Shown here one piece after another: positions 25,001 to 40,000 of a DNA stretch of 64,000 nucleotides. Numbering within the stretch: the first letter of the stretch is position 1; every line of letters starts with the position of its first letter. A program made the position numbers and the translations under genes. The notes beneath the pieces are model-generated. The model ran no database searches and was not told the origin of the DNA. It saw only the letters and a program-made list of their open reading frames with translations. Source of the stretch: Mytilus californianus (lineage: Eukaryota); NCBI RefSeq assembly GCF_021869535.1, contig NW_026262690.1, forward strand, positions 79,236,001 to 79,300,000. The letters are read 5' to 3'.

Positions 25001-28000
25001 ATTGTAAACAATATTGGAGCTGGTGGAAAATTTCTTAAGTAATCCATCGTGATTAAAGGTAACAGAGATTTCATGTTGTTTGCGACCATTGTATGTAAGA
25101 TCAGCTGTTGTTCGGACGCCAAAGTTGTTTCTCTGTTCATTGTTGGTGTTGAACAAAAGTGAAAATGATACTGGTTCACTTATTGGTGTTTCAATTCGCC
25201 CAGTTGCTTCAATCTTTTCTTGTATTCCATTTGGTGCGCTGAACGAGAATTTTCCAGTAACCTTTTTCTTATTGTATGCACCGTCAAAATTTGTTTTCCA
25301 TGTTTTGATTGACCCTTCAACATTGAATGAAATTTCAAGTTCGTGTTGTTTCTGTCCACTGTAAGTAAGCTGGGATACGGATGTAAAGTCCACCAGTTGT
25401 CCTGTGGTCTCAGTACTAATAACTACATCACGTGAAAATGGAGATTTCAAGAAGCCGTTTATTCTGATATCTCTTACCATATCCACTGATACCTGGGCAG
25501 ATCCTGTCTTGTAACCGTAACTCAATTCACCACTAGATAAGAACCGTCTTAATTCTCCTTCATGATTTAACTTAAGAGTGACATCTTCAGAGTATGGCGT
25601 TTTCAAGAAGGCCCTTGCATTGAGACCTCCAGAAGTTCTCAGTGTTAGCTGTCCTTCTGATCTCTTTCCATTTTGTACATATTCACCTGAGCATTCAAAG
25701 TCTTTCAACTGTCCAGAATGTTTGAATGAAATTTCTGCAGTACGGAACATTGCATATGGAGTCGTCAGTGTGGCTCTTCCTTGAATTCCATTTTTGCTTG
25801 TAAATTTTGCTATTCCATTGATCTTTTTGGAATTGATGTCTATGTCTGCTGTGCTCTCGAAGTCATTTAGTTGTCCTTTATGGTTAATATTCAGTTCTCC
25901 TGACCTCAAAATATCGAATGGTGTTTTCAAGTTCAGTCGAACTGAAAAGTCATCTGTAATACTAAGATTTAGATCTACTTGTGCTGATTTTCTTCCATAT
26001 GCACCTTTGATGTTTGAAACACATTGTTGAAAGTTCCCGCTGTGTTCAAAGGATACTGACATGTCAGGTGTAAAGGAGGATATAAAAGTAGCTTCTCCTT
26101 TCATTCTTGGTTCCTTTTGATACGAAATTATGCTGTTAATAATATCTTTTCTTCCATATGTAATTGAAATTTGGTTTTTGAGGGATGACTCAAAACTATG
26201 CGATAACGACATCTTTACAGGTTCATATTTGGGAGTAAGAAGAGTAAGTTTTCCTTCAATTGGACCAAGACTAGAGAATGAAATGTCCAATTGACTTCTT
26301 TTCCTTTGAAGAAGTGTTTCTAATCGAGAGGCAAAATTATTAGATGTTCCTGAGTGCGAAAGTTTGGCTGTCATTTCTCCATATTCCTTGAATGGTGTCT
26401 TGATATCAACAGAAACAGTCAATCGGTCATTTGTGCTGACAGATGTATCTAGTGATATAGTTTTAGAATCAGAGTAAGTTATTTCAGCTTTAGTCTGGAA
26501 GTTGCTTAGCGGCCCAACATGGCTAAGTAACGCCTTTAGATTGCCATACCTTTTCACCGGTGTTTGAAGAGTTGCAGATAGAACCAATGGTTGAGATGAA
26601 AATTGCAAATCACCAATAATGTCTTTCTTGTTCTTTGTAACTTCCAGATGACATTTAAAGTCAGAAAGTTGGCCGTTGTGCGTATAGGAGGCTCTCATCT
26701 TTTCATATCCGTCATGAGGTGTGTTGACAGTAAGCTCTGTTGATAAAGTTGGATCAACGTTTGATTTTACATTAGCACCCCAAACATTTTTTCCAATTTT
26801 AAATTCGGCCTGACATTTGAAGTTGCGTAAATTTCCTTCATGTGATACAAAAGCTGACATTTTTCTGATGCTCTTGAAAGGTGTGGATATTGAAATGTCT
26901 GTCTTCAGATTTTTGATAAAGTTGAATGTCAGGTCTCCTTCAATTTCCTCCTTCTTTCCCCATCCAATCTTTGCTTTTGTCTTGAAGCTTGTACTTTTGC
27001 CTTTGTGTACCAAGAGAACTGTGATATCATCCATGATGGGAGATACAACTTTTAATGTTCCTTTCATTCTTTTGGAATTTGTCATTTCTATGTCTACATT
27101 GATTGGCTTATTCTTCCCGTATTTTAACAAAATGTTAGAATTAATGCTTTTTCTATTTCCACTATGAGAGAAGGAAGCAAAGGTATCTTCAACCAGAGAC
27201 GACTTCATAGTGAATGAACCTTGGAGGCTTTTTCCATTATGGAAACTGATATCCAGTTGATGTTTGCCATTTCTGTCATACTGCAAGGAAGCCCCAGATA
27301 AAAATTGATTCCATGTTCCTTTGTGGCTCAAAGAAGCGGTTACTGGATGGTAATTAGGAAGACGTATTGTGACTGAAGAGTGGTAGTTTTCTCTGTATTC
27401 AACAACAAGCTCAGCATAGTAGGATTTCCCCTCTGGATACTCCATTTCGACTTCCGTTATGCATCCTTTAACGGTTGGGTCATGTGTTATACTGGCTGTT
27501 AAACGTTGTAATTTTTCAAAAGGAGTTGCAATACTGACATCAGCACTTAGCTTTTGTCCATCTAAAAGAGTTCTGGATGTCAATGATACGATCTTTCCTG
27601 GTAAGTACTCAACCTTGATATCGGTTCTCGATTTGTCATTCTCAGGGCGGTTTGAGAATGTTATTTCACTGGATGGAAGTTGTTGGTATTGGGTTTCGAG
27701 TCTTACATTACCGGACACACCCCCAATTCTGTTGAATGTAGACAAGAGTCGAATTCTTCTTACAATTGGTTGTAGTTCAAAGCTGACAGAGGAGGTCATT
27801 GACTTCATGTTTCCTTCAAATTCCATCTCTGTTCTAAGTCTTCTAAATGATTTAAATGGAGTAGATAATGTGATCAAAACATATTTCTGGGATCCTGTTT
27901 TCAATCGTCCTTCTAGTGCAACCATTTGTTCACCTTTAAGTAGGAGGTTCCCAGTAGCAATGAGTTCCCCATTTTCAGTTTTAAGATGACCTTCACTTGT

Positions 28001-31000
28001 AAATAGGTTTTTGCTATTTTGGCTCATCGAGAGAATGGTGTCCATGGAACTGTCTTTATGTAAATGACTAACCATAAGTTGTCCCTTTCCAAATGGAGTT
28101 GCGGAGGTCAATGTATACTGGATGGATGCTTCTTTCCATGCAAGATTATGTCTGCCCTTAATGTTAAAGGCATATTGCTGTCCATTCATGTTGGTTGTGA
28201 TCACTGTTGTTACATCATTGAGTGTATTACTGTGTTGCCATGTAGAATCGTATCGGCTTGTTGGTGAAGATAGAGTTATTTTACCGCTCTGCTGAACCAT
28301 AAGACCTGCTCTGTCATGTGTGAGTTTACCTTCATATCTGTATTCGTTTCCATTAATATTTAGAACAAGACTGTTTTCGTTAGTTTTATCCCGACTTTGG
28401 TGACTAAGATCTAAAGAAACGGCTTGGATGGATCGAATGTTAGATTTGACCCCAGCATGTCCTGAGTATATGTTGTTTTCCTTCTTTGCAGATGCATCAA
28501 ACTGTAAAGAATTCTTGTTTACCTGAACATTTACAAAGGACTTCAGCGAGTCTTTTGCATCATGAGAAATTTCCAGGAACGATGTTTTGAATCCCTTTAA
28601 TGGTGTCTTGAGGTTGAGAGATCCTTGGAATTGACGAATGCTAAATGGCTTTTTTAGTGAAAATGCAGCCGATATTTGGTTATCTGGTTTCCAGTTGACA
28701 TCAAAGTTTGTTTTATATTGACGGGGTTCTGACAAATGGTTCATTCCAAGTTTAACATAACTTAATCCTTTTACTGCAGTATGTACTGTTAAGCTTCCAT
28801 CGATTTGGACTTGATCTTTACCATATTTTTGTTTTAAAGATGCATCAACAGATAGTTGTTCTTTTCCGTCGGATTTTATGTCACAATGTGCATTTTCGTT
28901 TTTGCGATTGATGTTGATCTTGTTATTTTGCAGTGGACTCTTGAATACAAGGACAGCATCAATTTCGTTCTTGGTTTTGTATGTCAGTTGAGTGTCAAGA
29001 AATATTTGTTTTTCCTTGTCTACATTAGCATCCCATTGAATGTCCAAATGTCCAACGTAGATTGGATCCTTCTTCTTTGCTTCGAATTCACCTTTGACTC
29101 TCCTTGAGGGCACAGATACATCACCAGAAAGTCGTAGAAGTGCTGCTTTTTTGTATTGAGAACCAAATTCTGCCGAATAGTCATTATTAAGTCGAGATTT
29201 GACACGGAAGTTTCTAGGATCCAGGTTGAGCAGTGCTTCTAGATGGATTGGCTTCTGCCCGGACATACTAATGTCAGTGCTGACGTCATACTCTTCATCA
29301 GAAAGTTTAAGATCACTTACAACTTTTGTTTTGTGTCCAGCAATATTTGAGATCAACTCATTTGTGTATCTTCTTTTGTTCTTCTGTTCGAAGTTGTTTG
29401 CAATTGAAAAGTCTTTATCATTCCATTTCAGGCTAACATCACCAGTTAAGGCTGTAAATTTTTTGGACTTATTCTTCACTACCAATGCAGCGGATACTGA
29501 TTGCTTCTTGCCGTATGCTAACCCAAAGTTAGAAACAATACTCTTTGTGTTGTGAGAATGCTTTCCTTTCAGTTTAAGATCTAATCCCTGAAAGTAGCAA
29601 TATGATTATAACATTATTTCCAAATATTCTCAGGTACAAAAATATTTCAAAATGTTGAAGCATTTGATTTTGAACAACTCAAACATTATCAGATTTTTGA
29701 AAAGTAGGAATCAGTCTTCTAGTATGCCAAGTGTTATGTGCCATCTTGATTATTTACTAATTTCAATCGAGTATTAATACATGTAAATAAAGGCAACAGT
29801 AGTATACCGCTGTTCGAAATTCATAAATCGATTGAGAAAAAAACAAATCCGGGTTACAAACTGAGGGAAACACATCAAATATAAGAGGAGAGCTGAGTAA
29901 TTTGCGTTCAGAAATAACTTTTAATTATGGTACAATCTTGGCCTTGGAGGTCCTGCGCTTTCCCAATACATAACTATTTCCTTAATCACTATCACTGAAG
30001 GGTGATTCAGACTTGTTTATTTAAAGAAAATTGTACTTCAAAAGTGACAGGAGTCTGAAATTCAGTTGTTGTCGTTTGTTACTGTCTGTCATAATTGTTT
30101 TTTGTTTATTTGTTTTGTCTAGAATAAGGCAGATGGTTTTTTGTTTGAATTGTTTCACATTTTCTCATGTCAGGGGCTTAAATCCACTTCATTTGGACTC
30201 CGATGGATAGTTGTCTAATTGGCAATCGTACCATATCTCCTTATTTTATATTGATATAATATTTTGTATGTCATTGCCTCTTTGATTCCCAAAACTGACC
30301 AGCATTTAGCTTCGTGAATATATATTAACTTAAGTTAAAATTGTGACAATGCAAAGGAAAACTTAAGCATATAATCGTATTTTAGCTTATGGTTGTCTTA
30401 CCAGAGCCAGATGTCGAATATCGCCAGTTATATCGATATCAGATTTCTTTAATCCCAGCTCGTGACGTACTAATGATGTAACAAAGATGCGCTTGTTTTC
30501 ATCTTTTGGTTTTGCACCATATTTTAGGTCAAAGTTCACTTTTGTCAATCTCTGTTTGTTGTTCATGTCTGTGTTGATTACAACATTATAGTCATTGTTC
30601 TTCTTGAAAGCTAAAGATCTGTTAATATAACAATAGCATTATATATTGTTTTCCCTTCTAGTTCAATAATTGCATTCCTTGTATTTGATTCCGGGTACCA
30701 CTGACGAGAAATTCTTTTCGAAACGCAGTTATGGTGCATAACATAAACTTATGTGTTTAGCAATCTTATATTAGAGACAATATTTATGGTTGAAATTAAC
30801 ATGCGATTTATTGTTTGCAGAATATTTCATGTATTAAATGATGATTTATGTAAATAAAATTGTCAAATGTAATAATTCTTGACGCTGGACATAAACATGA
30901 TTGCAACTTTTGATTGAACTGTCAAGTATATCAATACGTTAAATGAATAACTCACAAAAATAAGGGACAGACTCTATATACCACATTAACCGAATATTCA

Positions 31001-34000
31001 GAAATATTAGAGAATTCACACTGGGATAATATCATTGACATGGAAGCTCAATTAAACGTATCACTATGAAAGGAAGTTACTTTTGTAACAGGCAAAACAT
31101 GTTAAATTAATAGCACGTATATGTGTATACCTACCCTTTGCCAGCCAAAGCCCAGACACTCTTGGTGAAACCATAATTGACTTTACTGTTGACTGTTATT
31201 TTGTCCCTGCTAATTCTTGGGATAACGTAATCAAGATTAACTCTGGTGACTACAGCGGTTTTCTGCAGTACAATGTTTGAAGTTCCTTTTGCTCTAAGAA
31301 GTGGAGTTCTGATGTCAACTTTGGACTGATACCTGGCGTTTGATTTCCTTAAGGTTCTTGTTAGTTTGGCTAAAACAGTCATGAAAAAAATTATATTCAA
31401 ATTACTATAAAGGGTAGCTACACTATCCATAGTAGTTCTTTGTTCGAGTTGTGTGATTCTTTTATTATAATAAACATACTCTTTTATTATATTGATTAAA
31501 TATTTCAAGAAAAAATATGCTTGAGGTGTTTGAGACTGTATCATATTGATAAACAATGACTAAAATGAATTTTTCATACAACTTACTGAAGACTTTGATG
31601 GTTTTATCCAATAACCTGTCAATTGTAACGTCCACCAGAATAAGAGAGCCGCTTTTATATTCCAATGATCCTCCAAGGGCTGTGACTTCCTCCTTTGGTG
31701 TACGGATGGACAAATAAGGCATTAGCTTAGTGGCTTTCTTTGTTTGTGTATTCTGCAATCTGCTTTCAAAACTGTAATCCTTCCCAGGTTCAAAGGAGAT
31801 GGATGTTTTTATGGAAGACATTGATTTCTTGGAAATCAGGTTTACTGAAAATAACATGTAAATGTTTACTAATATAATGTTGAAAAATAACATTGAAAGT
31901 ACTAGTAGTATTCCATGTTATATTGATCCCGTTTTATTTTCCATAAGTGACAGATGGGATATCTACTTTGAACCGAGCTCGGACAATGACAAACAAAAAC
32001 CTCACCCAAACTCTAAACATCATCATGTATCTAACTATTATCAAACCATTTTGAATGGTTTTCTTTTAAAGTTTTGGATATTGCATTTACTTAAATTTTA
32101 CAGCAGTTGATGTATTATTGTACACAGCATGTTTTGTAAGCATATTTGAACCGATGACATTCGGTTTGGTTTGATTATTCATAAATTTGATTTCCTCCCT
32201 GTAACCCATACTATCGTTATTATAATGTTTGAGCACATTAAATATTTAGGGTAAACCCATAACATACCTTTTGACTGAATGGGTTGCTTAGATAGTCCTT
32301 TTACGGTCAATTCGCCATTGAAACTTTTGCCGATGACATACTCTAAAGAACTGCTAAGTCTTATATTTTCCATATTTGGTATGATTATTTCAATGTATGG
32401 ATTGTAAGTATAAAGCTGTCCTTCCCTTTTTCTGATCCATTCCCCAGTCACAGAGTATTCATCTTTGTCGTCGATTACAATTCTTCCCGCCACTTGCTTT
32501 TGTTTGTTTTCACCAACCAAGGCTCCTAAACATTTCAATCTTATTTACTATTTGATTATTCTGTAAATTTTCATATGGTTTGTGAAATAAATTGATTACA
32601 TCTCAAAATAATTCGTCAACATTGATATCAATTCATAGAAAAGCAGACACATATTCCTTTTATCATGGTTCACGATTTATACGTACCGTATAAAAGTATG
32701 AAACTTGTAGTTTGTATTATAGGATTGAATGCTGTATTTTTATACGCCCGTCAATTTTTGACGGGACGTATTATGGTATACAAATGTCCGGTGTCCGTCC
32801 GTCTGTCTGTCCGTCTGTCCGGCGTAAACATGTCGCACCGTAACTTGAGAATTACTTATCCAAATTTCATGAAACTTAACATAGTTGTTTCTTATGATGG
32901 TCAAACGATCTGTATACTTTTTGGTGAAAATAAGATTAAAACTTTGAGTTACGGGATTTAGTAACTAAAACAGGTGTGTGTTTTTTTTCACATATCGCGC
33001 CGTATCTCAAAAACAATTTATGATTATTGCTTAAAACTTTACACACTTCTTAGTTATATTAATCTTAAGATCTGTATACTTTTTGGTGATGATTCAAAAT
33101 TTTATTTTAGAGATATTGAGTATTTTGTTAAAAAAGGGGGAGGGGTTTTTCAAATGTAGCGCCGTATCTCAAAAACAGTTTATGATTATTGCTTAAAACT
33201 TTACACACTTCTTAGTTATATTTACCTTAAGATCTGTATACTTTTTGGTGATGATTCAAAATGTTATTTTTGAGTTATTGAGTATTTTGTAAAAAAAAGG
33301 GGGAGGGGTTTTTCACATTCGCGCCGTATCTCAAAAACGATTTATGATTATTGCTTAAAATTTTACACACTTCCTAGTTATATTAATCTAAAGATCTGTA
33401 TACTTTTTGGTTTTTATTCAAAATTTTATTTTTGAGATATTGATTTTTTTTTAAAAGGGGGGTTTTCACATGTCGCGCCGTATCTCAAAAACGATTTATG
33501 ATTATTGCTTAAAATTTTACACACTTCTTAGTTATATTAATCTAAACATCTGTATACGTTTTGCTTTTGATTCAAAATTTTATTTTAGAGATATTGAGTT
33601 TTTTGTAAAAAAAAGGGGGTTTTCGCATGTCACACCGTATGTCAGAAACTATTTATGCTTATTGCATAAAAATTCACACAAGACGACGGGCGTATCATGC
33701 GCTCATGGCGCAGCTGTTTATTAATTTATACGAAATGAAAGCCAGTTACGACCACATTTAACTAAACGTAACTTGCTATCATTTCCTATATATATCTTTA
33801 AAAAAGACCACAGTAATCAGTCCTTATATTTACAGATCTTCAAAATAAAATTAATATCTTTTTGGCATTTTAAATCTGAAGGTAAACTTTAAACACAAAA
33901 CTTCGACAGAAATTTAAATGATTTATGTCTTTCATTTACCTCTGATTGAAACTCTCTTCCATGGTGAGATCATGCTGATTTCGAGCAGAGGGTCAGATCG

Positions 34001-37000
34001 AAGAAGACAATCAAAACTCAATTCACGGTCTACCGTAGAGCCTGGAGTGCTGAAGGCTACTCTAGCTCTGGCTTCTTGTTTATCCTGAAACAAAAGAAGA
34101 AGGTTTGCAAACTCATTTTAATAGCTTTGCAATTGTTTCTTTGAAGTCACTAATAAAAGCGTCCGAAATACAACCATTCGTTGTTTTAGGCATATTATAT
34201 TATACCAGACACTTATTCATTGATGAAAATTGTATAATTTTTTTTTATCTCTTTGTCTTTTGGTTGATTATTTTTTTTATCACTGTCTTATTATGTATAA
34301 TCATCTCCTTCTATTCATTAACACAAGGAAAGAGCTCAATTTTCAAAAATTTACAGTCTTTCACTGATACATCGGGGTGTTAACTATATCATAAAACAGA
34401 ATATTGATATGGCAGTACCTTTACAAATTTGTATTCCATGTTGTAACTTTCATGTGTGTCACGTTTTAGAAGAGTGATTCCAGCACTAACTGGTCCCGTC
34501 ATTGGAAAGTATGGAGCATCGGCTATTAATGATGCGTTCGGATACTGAAGTTCAGCACAGAGTTCCAGTCCGGTAATCTTTGCAAGTTTGTTTCCAGAAC
34601 ACATTTTCTTTGTCTGTCTGTTAGCAGTAATCATTTTCTGTTCTCTCTCAACTTCACGGTGGACAGTGAAGAAAGCAGTCCTTTGATAATAGATACTTTT
34701 TTGTTAACTAGCTTTAAAATTATTGTATTTTGAGTTGTATTTCCGATTTCTAATCAAGACGAAACGCGCTCTACGTACCAAATTATTAGCTTGGTATCTT
34801 TGAAGAGTTTTTATATGCCCAGAATCACTTATTTGGAATTCCATAATGAACATCTTAAGGATAATTTGTTTAAACTACTTTTCATTGCTCTATATAAAAA
34901 TTAAAAAAATAATAATAGAATTTTTTTCGAAATCATAAATTGTTGTAAAATATTAAAAATATTGCATACTTGACATTGAAAACTTCCATTTTGTCAAATG
35001 GTGTTTTAATCTGTGCACTTAGTACTTTTCCATTTGCCAGTTCTACGTGTCCTTCGAGAGAAGAGGAGGAATGCATAGTAGAAATCATTTTCATTCCACT
35101 TTTTGTTACAAATGCATCCACGCTCATCATACTGTTGATCTGGACAGCGCCACTGTGGACAAAATTGCGATATTAGAATTTAAAAATACAAATACACTAG
35201 CAATGGAAAATATCTTTCACTACGGCGGCAATAGAAATAAGGAGGCCAGAAGATTTGTATTGTAAACATCAGAAAACGTTGTCAAACAATGATTATAAAA
35301 AACACAAATACATAAACATAACAAAAACTATAAATAGAGTGAATTTTATTAGATTTTTGTGGTCATTTTCAATTTTTGTAACCGCTCTTAAATATTTTTT
35401 GGCTACAAGTGTTTACATTTATAACAACTGTTCCCTTAGGCAACAATTCCAACACCTATGCTCAGATGATAGTGTTCGCTACGTCTTTCTTCGTCACTAA
35501 CATATTCCCTAATTAACCAAGTTAATGCTGCTATAGATATTTCCCATTTGACTCATCTTGCCTTTTACCTTGTTATTTACTTTGATTTCGTCTGCAGACA
35601 GTTTTGATATTTTGATATGCTAGTCGAACTTTACTAACCTTGGTTTCATATATCCATTCAAAGAAAGACTTGGGGATCTGTCGGTTATTTTTGTCAGATC
35701 CATTTTCCCAGAGGCACGTAAATCAACGGTAGCTGATCCATCAATGGTCAAATTTAATGGGAAGCCAGCCATTGTTGGAATTATGACGCTGCTATCCAAA
35801 AACACGTAGCTCTGTGTGAAGGAGTATTCTTGTTTCTTGGCAAGAGTCGTTAGAATGTCCAGAATATTGATTGGTTTACCATCAGTGACATCACTTAGTC
35901 CGGTGAACCTAGTAAACAGTAGCTCATTTCCAAAAACTCTCATATACAGATCTCCTTTCAATGAGTCAGATTCTGTGTCAAACTACAATAATAAATTCAT
36001 TTTGTAAAGAAGGATTCTATTTTGTTTCAGTAATTAAGTAAAACAAACTTAAATCGAAACAAGCCATATATTACAAACCAAGCTTAAAAAGATTATAAAT
36101 TTTGCACTATATTTTCTACCAAAAAAGTTCTTAAATTGGAATGTCAAAATGATATTAGAAATAAGATGACATTAAAGCTATAACACATTTTCAGACTGGA
36201 TACTTAAGATATTGATGATTATAAAATTAACCTGTCTGTCAATGTCTTCCATTTTTTTATTACTGATTCCTTTTATTTTCTGTTTTGTGACTTCTTTGAT
36301 CTCATCTTCTTGGAAGTATCCGTTAGGTCCAAAGTAAGATTCCAGAAAATATTCAAGGCCTTCCATTCGTCCACCGATTTCTAACAGGTTAACGGAATGT
36401 CCAAAAAGGTCGAATGTTATGTTAGTCATGGCAGATCTTGGTAAGAAAGATTTTGAAGACCAGACAACATTGCTGTCAATGGAAGCTCCGGTATTTAGTT
36501 TCTCAAGGAAGAAGGAGCCTTCATAGTTTCTGGAATATTTCAGTTTTTCTAGATCGAATTCTTTCTTCAGCGCCTTGTCGTTGATGATATTCTTTATTTC
36601 CTGTTTCAGTGGGCTAGAAGTCTCCATCAAGTTTGTTAAATGAGACCATACATAAGAACCAACTTGGTTGACCTCTTCTGATTCAAGAAGAAATCTAACA
36701 CGAGACAGGACAATGTCTGAAGGACATGTCATAAGAGCCTGGTATGAAGCAATTCTCAATTCGGAATCCTCGTCTCTGTTCCTGTAGATTGCCATGACGT
36801 CCTCTCGCTGGAAAGGAATATATAATTTATATAAATAGTCATTATTATTGATATTGAAGTACACAATGTATGATGTTATACAATAAGATAAAGTTTGCAT
36901 AACTATTTGTAGGGCTGTTATCATAGGCAACTTAATGATTCATTTGCACTAAAAAATAATAATTATTTTTTAAGCAGACTGAATATGTACATTTTTCAAT

Positions 37001-40000
37001 ATTACTGGTTGAAAACTTACGCTTATTGAGCATGGCATACGACGGAAGGCTTGTATAGCAGAAAGGCGGACTTCTGTGGGATTGTCTCTCTTGATCATAC
37101 AGTTTGTGATTGTTCTGATGGCATTATTAACGAATCCAGCATTTCCAAGTGATCTAAGACTAAGGATCACCTAAAATAAAGTTTAAAATTGAATCTTAAA
37201 CGGTACTCTAACTTTCTTTAACCAAAAACAACACTTCATTTTATACTTCTGATTTTATAAACTACAGCATCTTTAATTCTCAAGTCAGATTAAACTTAAA
37301 TATTTTATAAACTTATAATTTTAAATCCTCAACATTAGTAGTTTGGTTTTTTATATCAGTATTTGAAATATTTGCTTTTAACTCCCAGAAATATTTTTCC
37401 CTATAGATAAATTATAAATATTAAATAAGGTCAGATGTCACTATATCTTTGCACATACCTTGCCAAGATTGTTTTTGTCCACATAACACCCAACACCAAT
37501 CTTGTCTTCTATAGAGGAGACAATACTGGCGATGTCTATATCATTTTCACATTCATTTTTCTTGCAGTAGGCATTAACCAGTGAAGATACACCCAGCATA
37601 GCCTCTTCATTGTCCTCTGATGATATGAGTGGCTGTTAATAAAAAACAAAATTAAAGAGAGTAAAACCCTATTATTACCAAAACCATTTTGAGCATAGTG
37701 GGATATGTTCTTGAGACAAAGTTTCTGATTTTAAATTTATGTGCATAAAAATTTGACCTTCAATAATTGTGCTCTTGATCACAAGATTATATTACGGGGC
37801 TCCGTTTGGGCAAAATATTTGTTTTTAAAATTCCTCTATATTCAAAGCTTAATTAAACGCAAGTAAACTATACATTAAATGTATTAAAAACTAATTCCCG
37901 GCTTGTATTGGTGAAAAGTTTCAGCTATTCATATGTCACATCTGAAGTAACTAATATGTTTAAAACATTAGACCTACTTTGACTTCATTCAGCATTCCTT
38001 TTGTTGGATCTTTGATGAACGATAATGTCGTTAGCCACATATTTGCTTCGATTCCACGAACTTCTTTTTTGTTGATCAAGTTAGTAATCAATCTCAGTGA
38101 AGCTTTTGTTCCAAGCATTGGAATGGCATCAAGGAAGAATTTTCTACAAAGAAAGTATTTGTTTTCATCAATACCAATAAAAATTCATCATTTCAAAATT
38201 TATTGAGATTGTAAGTGCTTCAGATACAAGCTAGAACTTAAGAGCAAGCGTTTCAATTGTTTGTATGCCCCACCTAGGGGCATTATGATTTTCGGTCTGT
38301 GCGTCCGTCTGTCCCGCTTCAGGTTAAAGTTTTTGGTCGAGGTAGTATTTGATGAAGTTGAAGTCCAATCAACTTGAAACTTAGTACACATGTTCCCTAT
38401 GATATGATCTGTCTAATTTTAATGCCAAATAAAAAGTTTTGACCCCAATTTCACGGTCCACTGAACATAAAAAATGATAGTGCGAGTGGGGCTTCTGTGT
38501 ACTATGGACACATTCTTGTTAATATTTGAGAAGTACATCTTTATGCCACTTACTCAACTCTCTTTTGATTAGATGCACAGAATCTGGTTCCTTTCACTTT
38601 TCTGTAAATCTGTTCCAGTTCATCACTTTCTAAAGCCTTCATTAGTCTTACAAGTCCAGAGAACAATTGTGGAGTATCCGGTTTCACACTGTCGGAGGTA
38701 GATATGCAGATTTCATTCAGTTTACTGATGACATCCGTAATGGTACCCCTACCATCGTTAGAATGAACAAACGTCAATGGAACGCGGTGCCCAATGGAAA
38801 CTGTAATATGAGTACACCTATTTTATAAGAACCTTAGATATATTTCCATTGAAATACATTGTAAGAACTGTTTACAAATTTTGTATTAAAAGAAAGTTTG
38901 ATTTTAATAGTTTGATGAGATAAATATTTATCAAAATTTCCTATTTTTAAATAGAGTCGATCATCAAAAAAATATTTCATTGATATGTTTTCTTACTTGA
39001 GCTAGAAGATGATGTTCTTTCTGTTACATATGTTAATGTCTGTTTGGTCTTTGTCATAGCACCACTGGATTCCCTTGAGAATGGTCGGAGAACATGTTCT
39101 TCTTCACATACACTGTTCTGTAGTATGCCAGCCTTGCTGATGTCTTGTGAACACTCATGGGTACCTTTTATCAGTGGCAGAGACTGAATTTCCTAGAAAA
39201 GTATATCAACAGAGCTGTCTAATCGTCAGTTATAAAACGTTGCATATTGTTTACAGTTTAAAAATTATTTTATGAGTGAATGGAAGACCTATCTATTCCT
39301 AGTCACATTTTTATTCTTGCTTAAAAGACACACTTTTTCAGTGTTATTAAAATAATCCCGCCGATCATTCACATCAACCCTCCAAGCAGAAACAGATGAA
39401 AAAATATATTCAATTTCATTTTCTTATCAAAATAGACTATAGAAAAAGAAGTATTGGTAGTAAGATAAAAAAAAAACTTATAACTTACAGATTGGACTCT
39501 GTATGGTGTTCCCTGCATCATTGTATTGTATCCATGTCTGTCTGTACATCCAAGCAAGTCTTTGCTCTTCTTGATTGTTCTTGAGTACCAGCCGTTGTTA
39601 GATACAGTATAGGCTGCTTTGCATTCCCCAGTAATGTCAGTCTATTAAACAAAACAAAACTAAGTTAATATAGTAAAAGTGCTGTTTATATACTCTTTTT
39701 TCTTTGTGTCTATTAAGATTAATAAACCTCTGATATAATAATCATTTAGCTCTAAACATAAATTTATCTTTGTTTTGTTATTTGAGTGAACCTATGATAT
39801 AATTCTGTTTACCTCCTGGACTGTTTGATCCTGTGTCAGGTCATCCATTGAGTTTTGAACTGCTGAGAGGATACCACGTTTAATGTTTAGTACCCATGTT
39901 TTCTCAGGTATGGATGTACAAAGTTCTTCAATTCGACCATCTTGGAAGGAGAATGCCAAAGGTGATTTCTCAAGGTTAGTTCTAAACTCTCCGCTTTTGT

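Noticed and set aside
21351-29555. Plus-strand and off-frame track ORFs overlapping the giant exon
   Set aside because: These are shadows of the long LLTP frame with no independent splice or start signals.
32526-32563. Upstream CAG acceptor for exon 16 (about 32561) suggested by the track ORF
   Set aside because: It gives an immediate in-frame stop; the TTTAG acceptor at 32526-32530 preserves phase.
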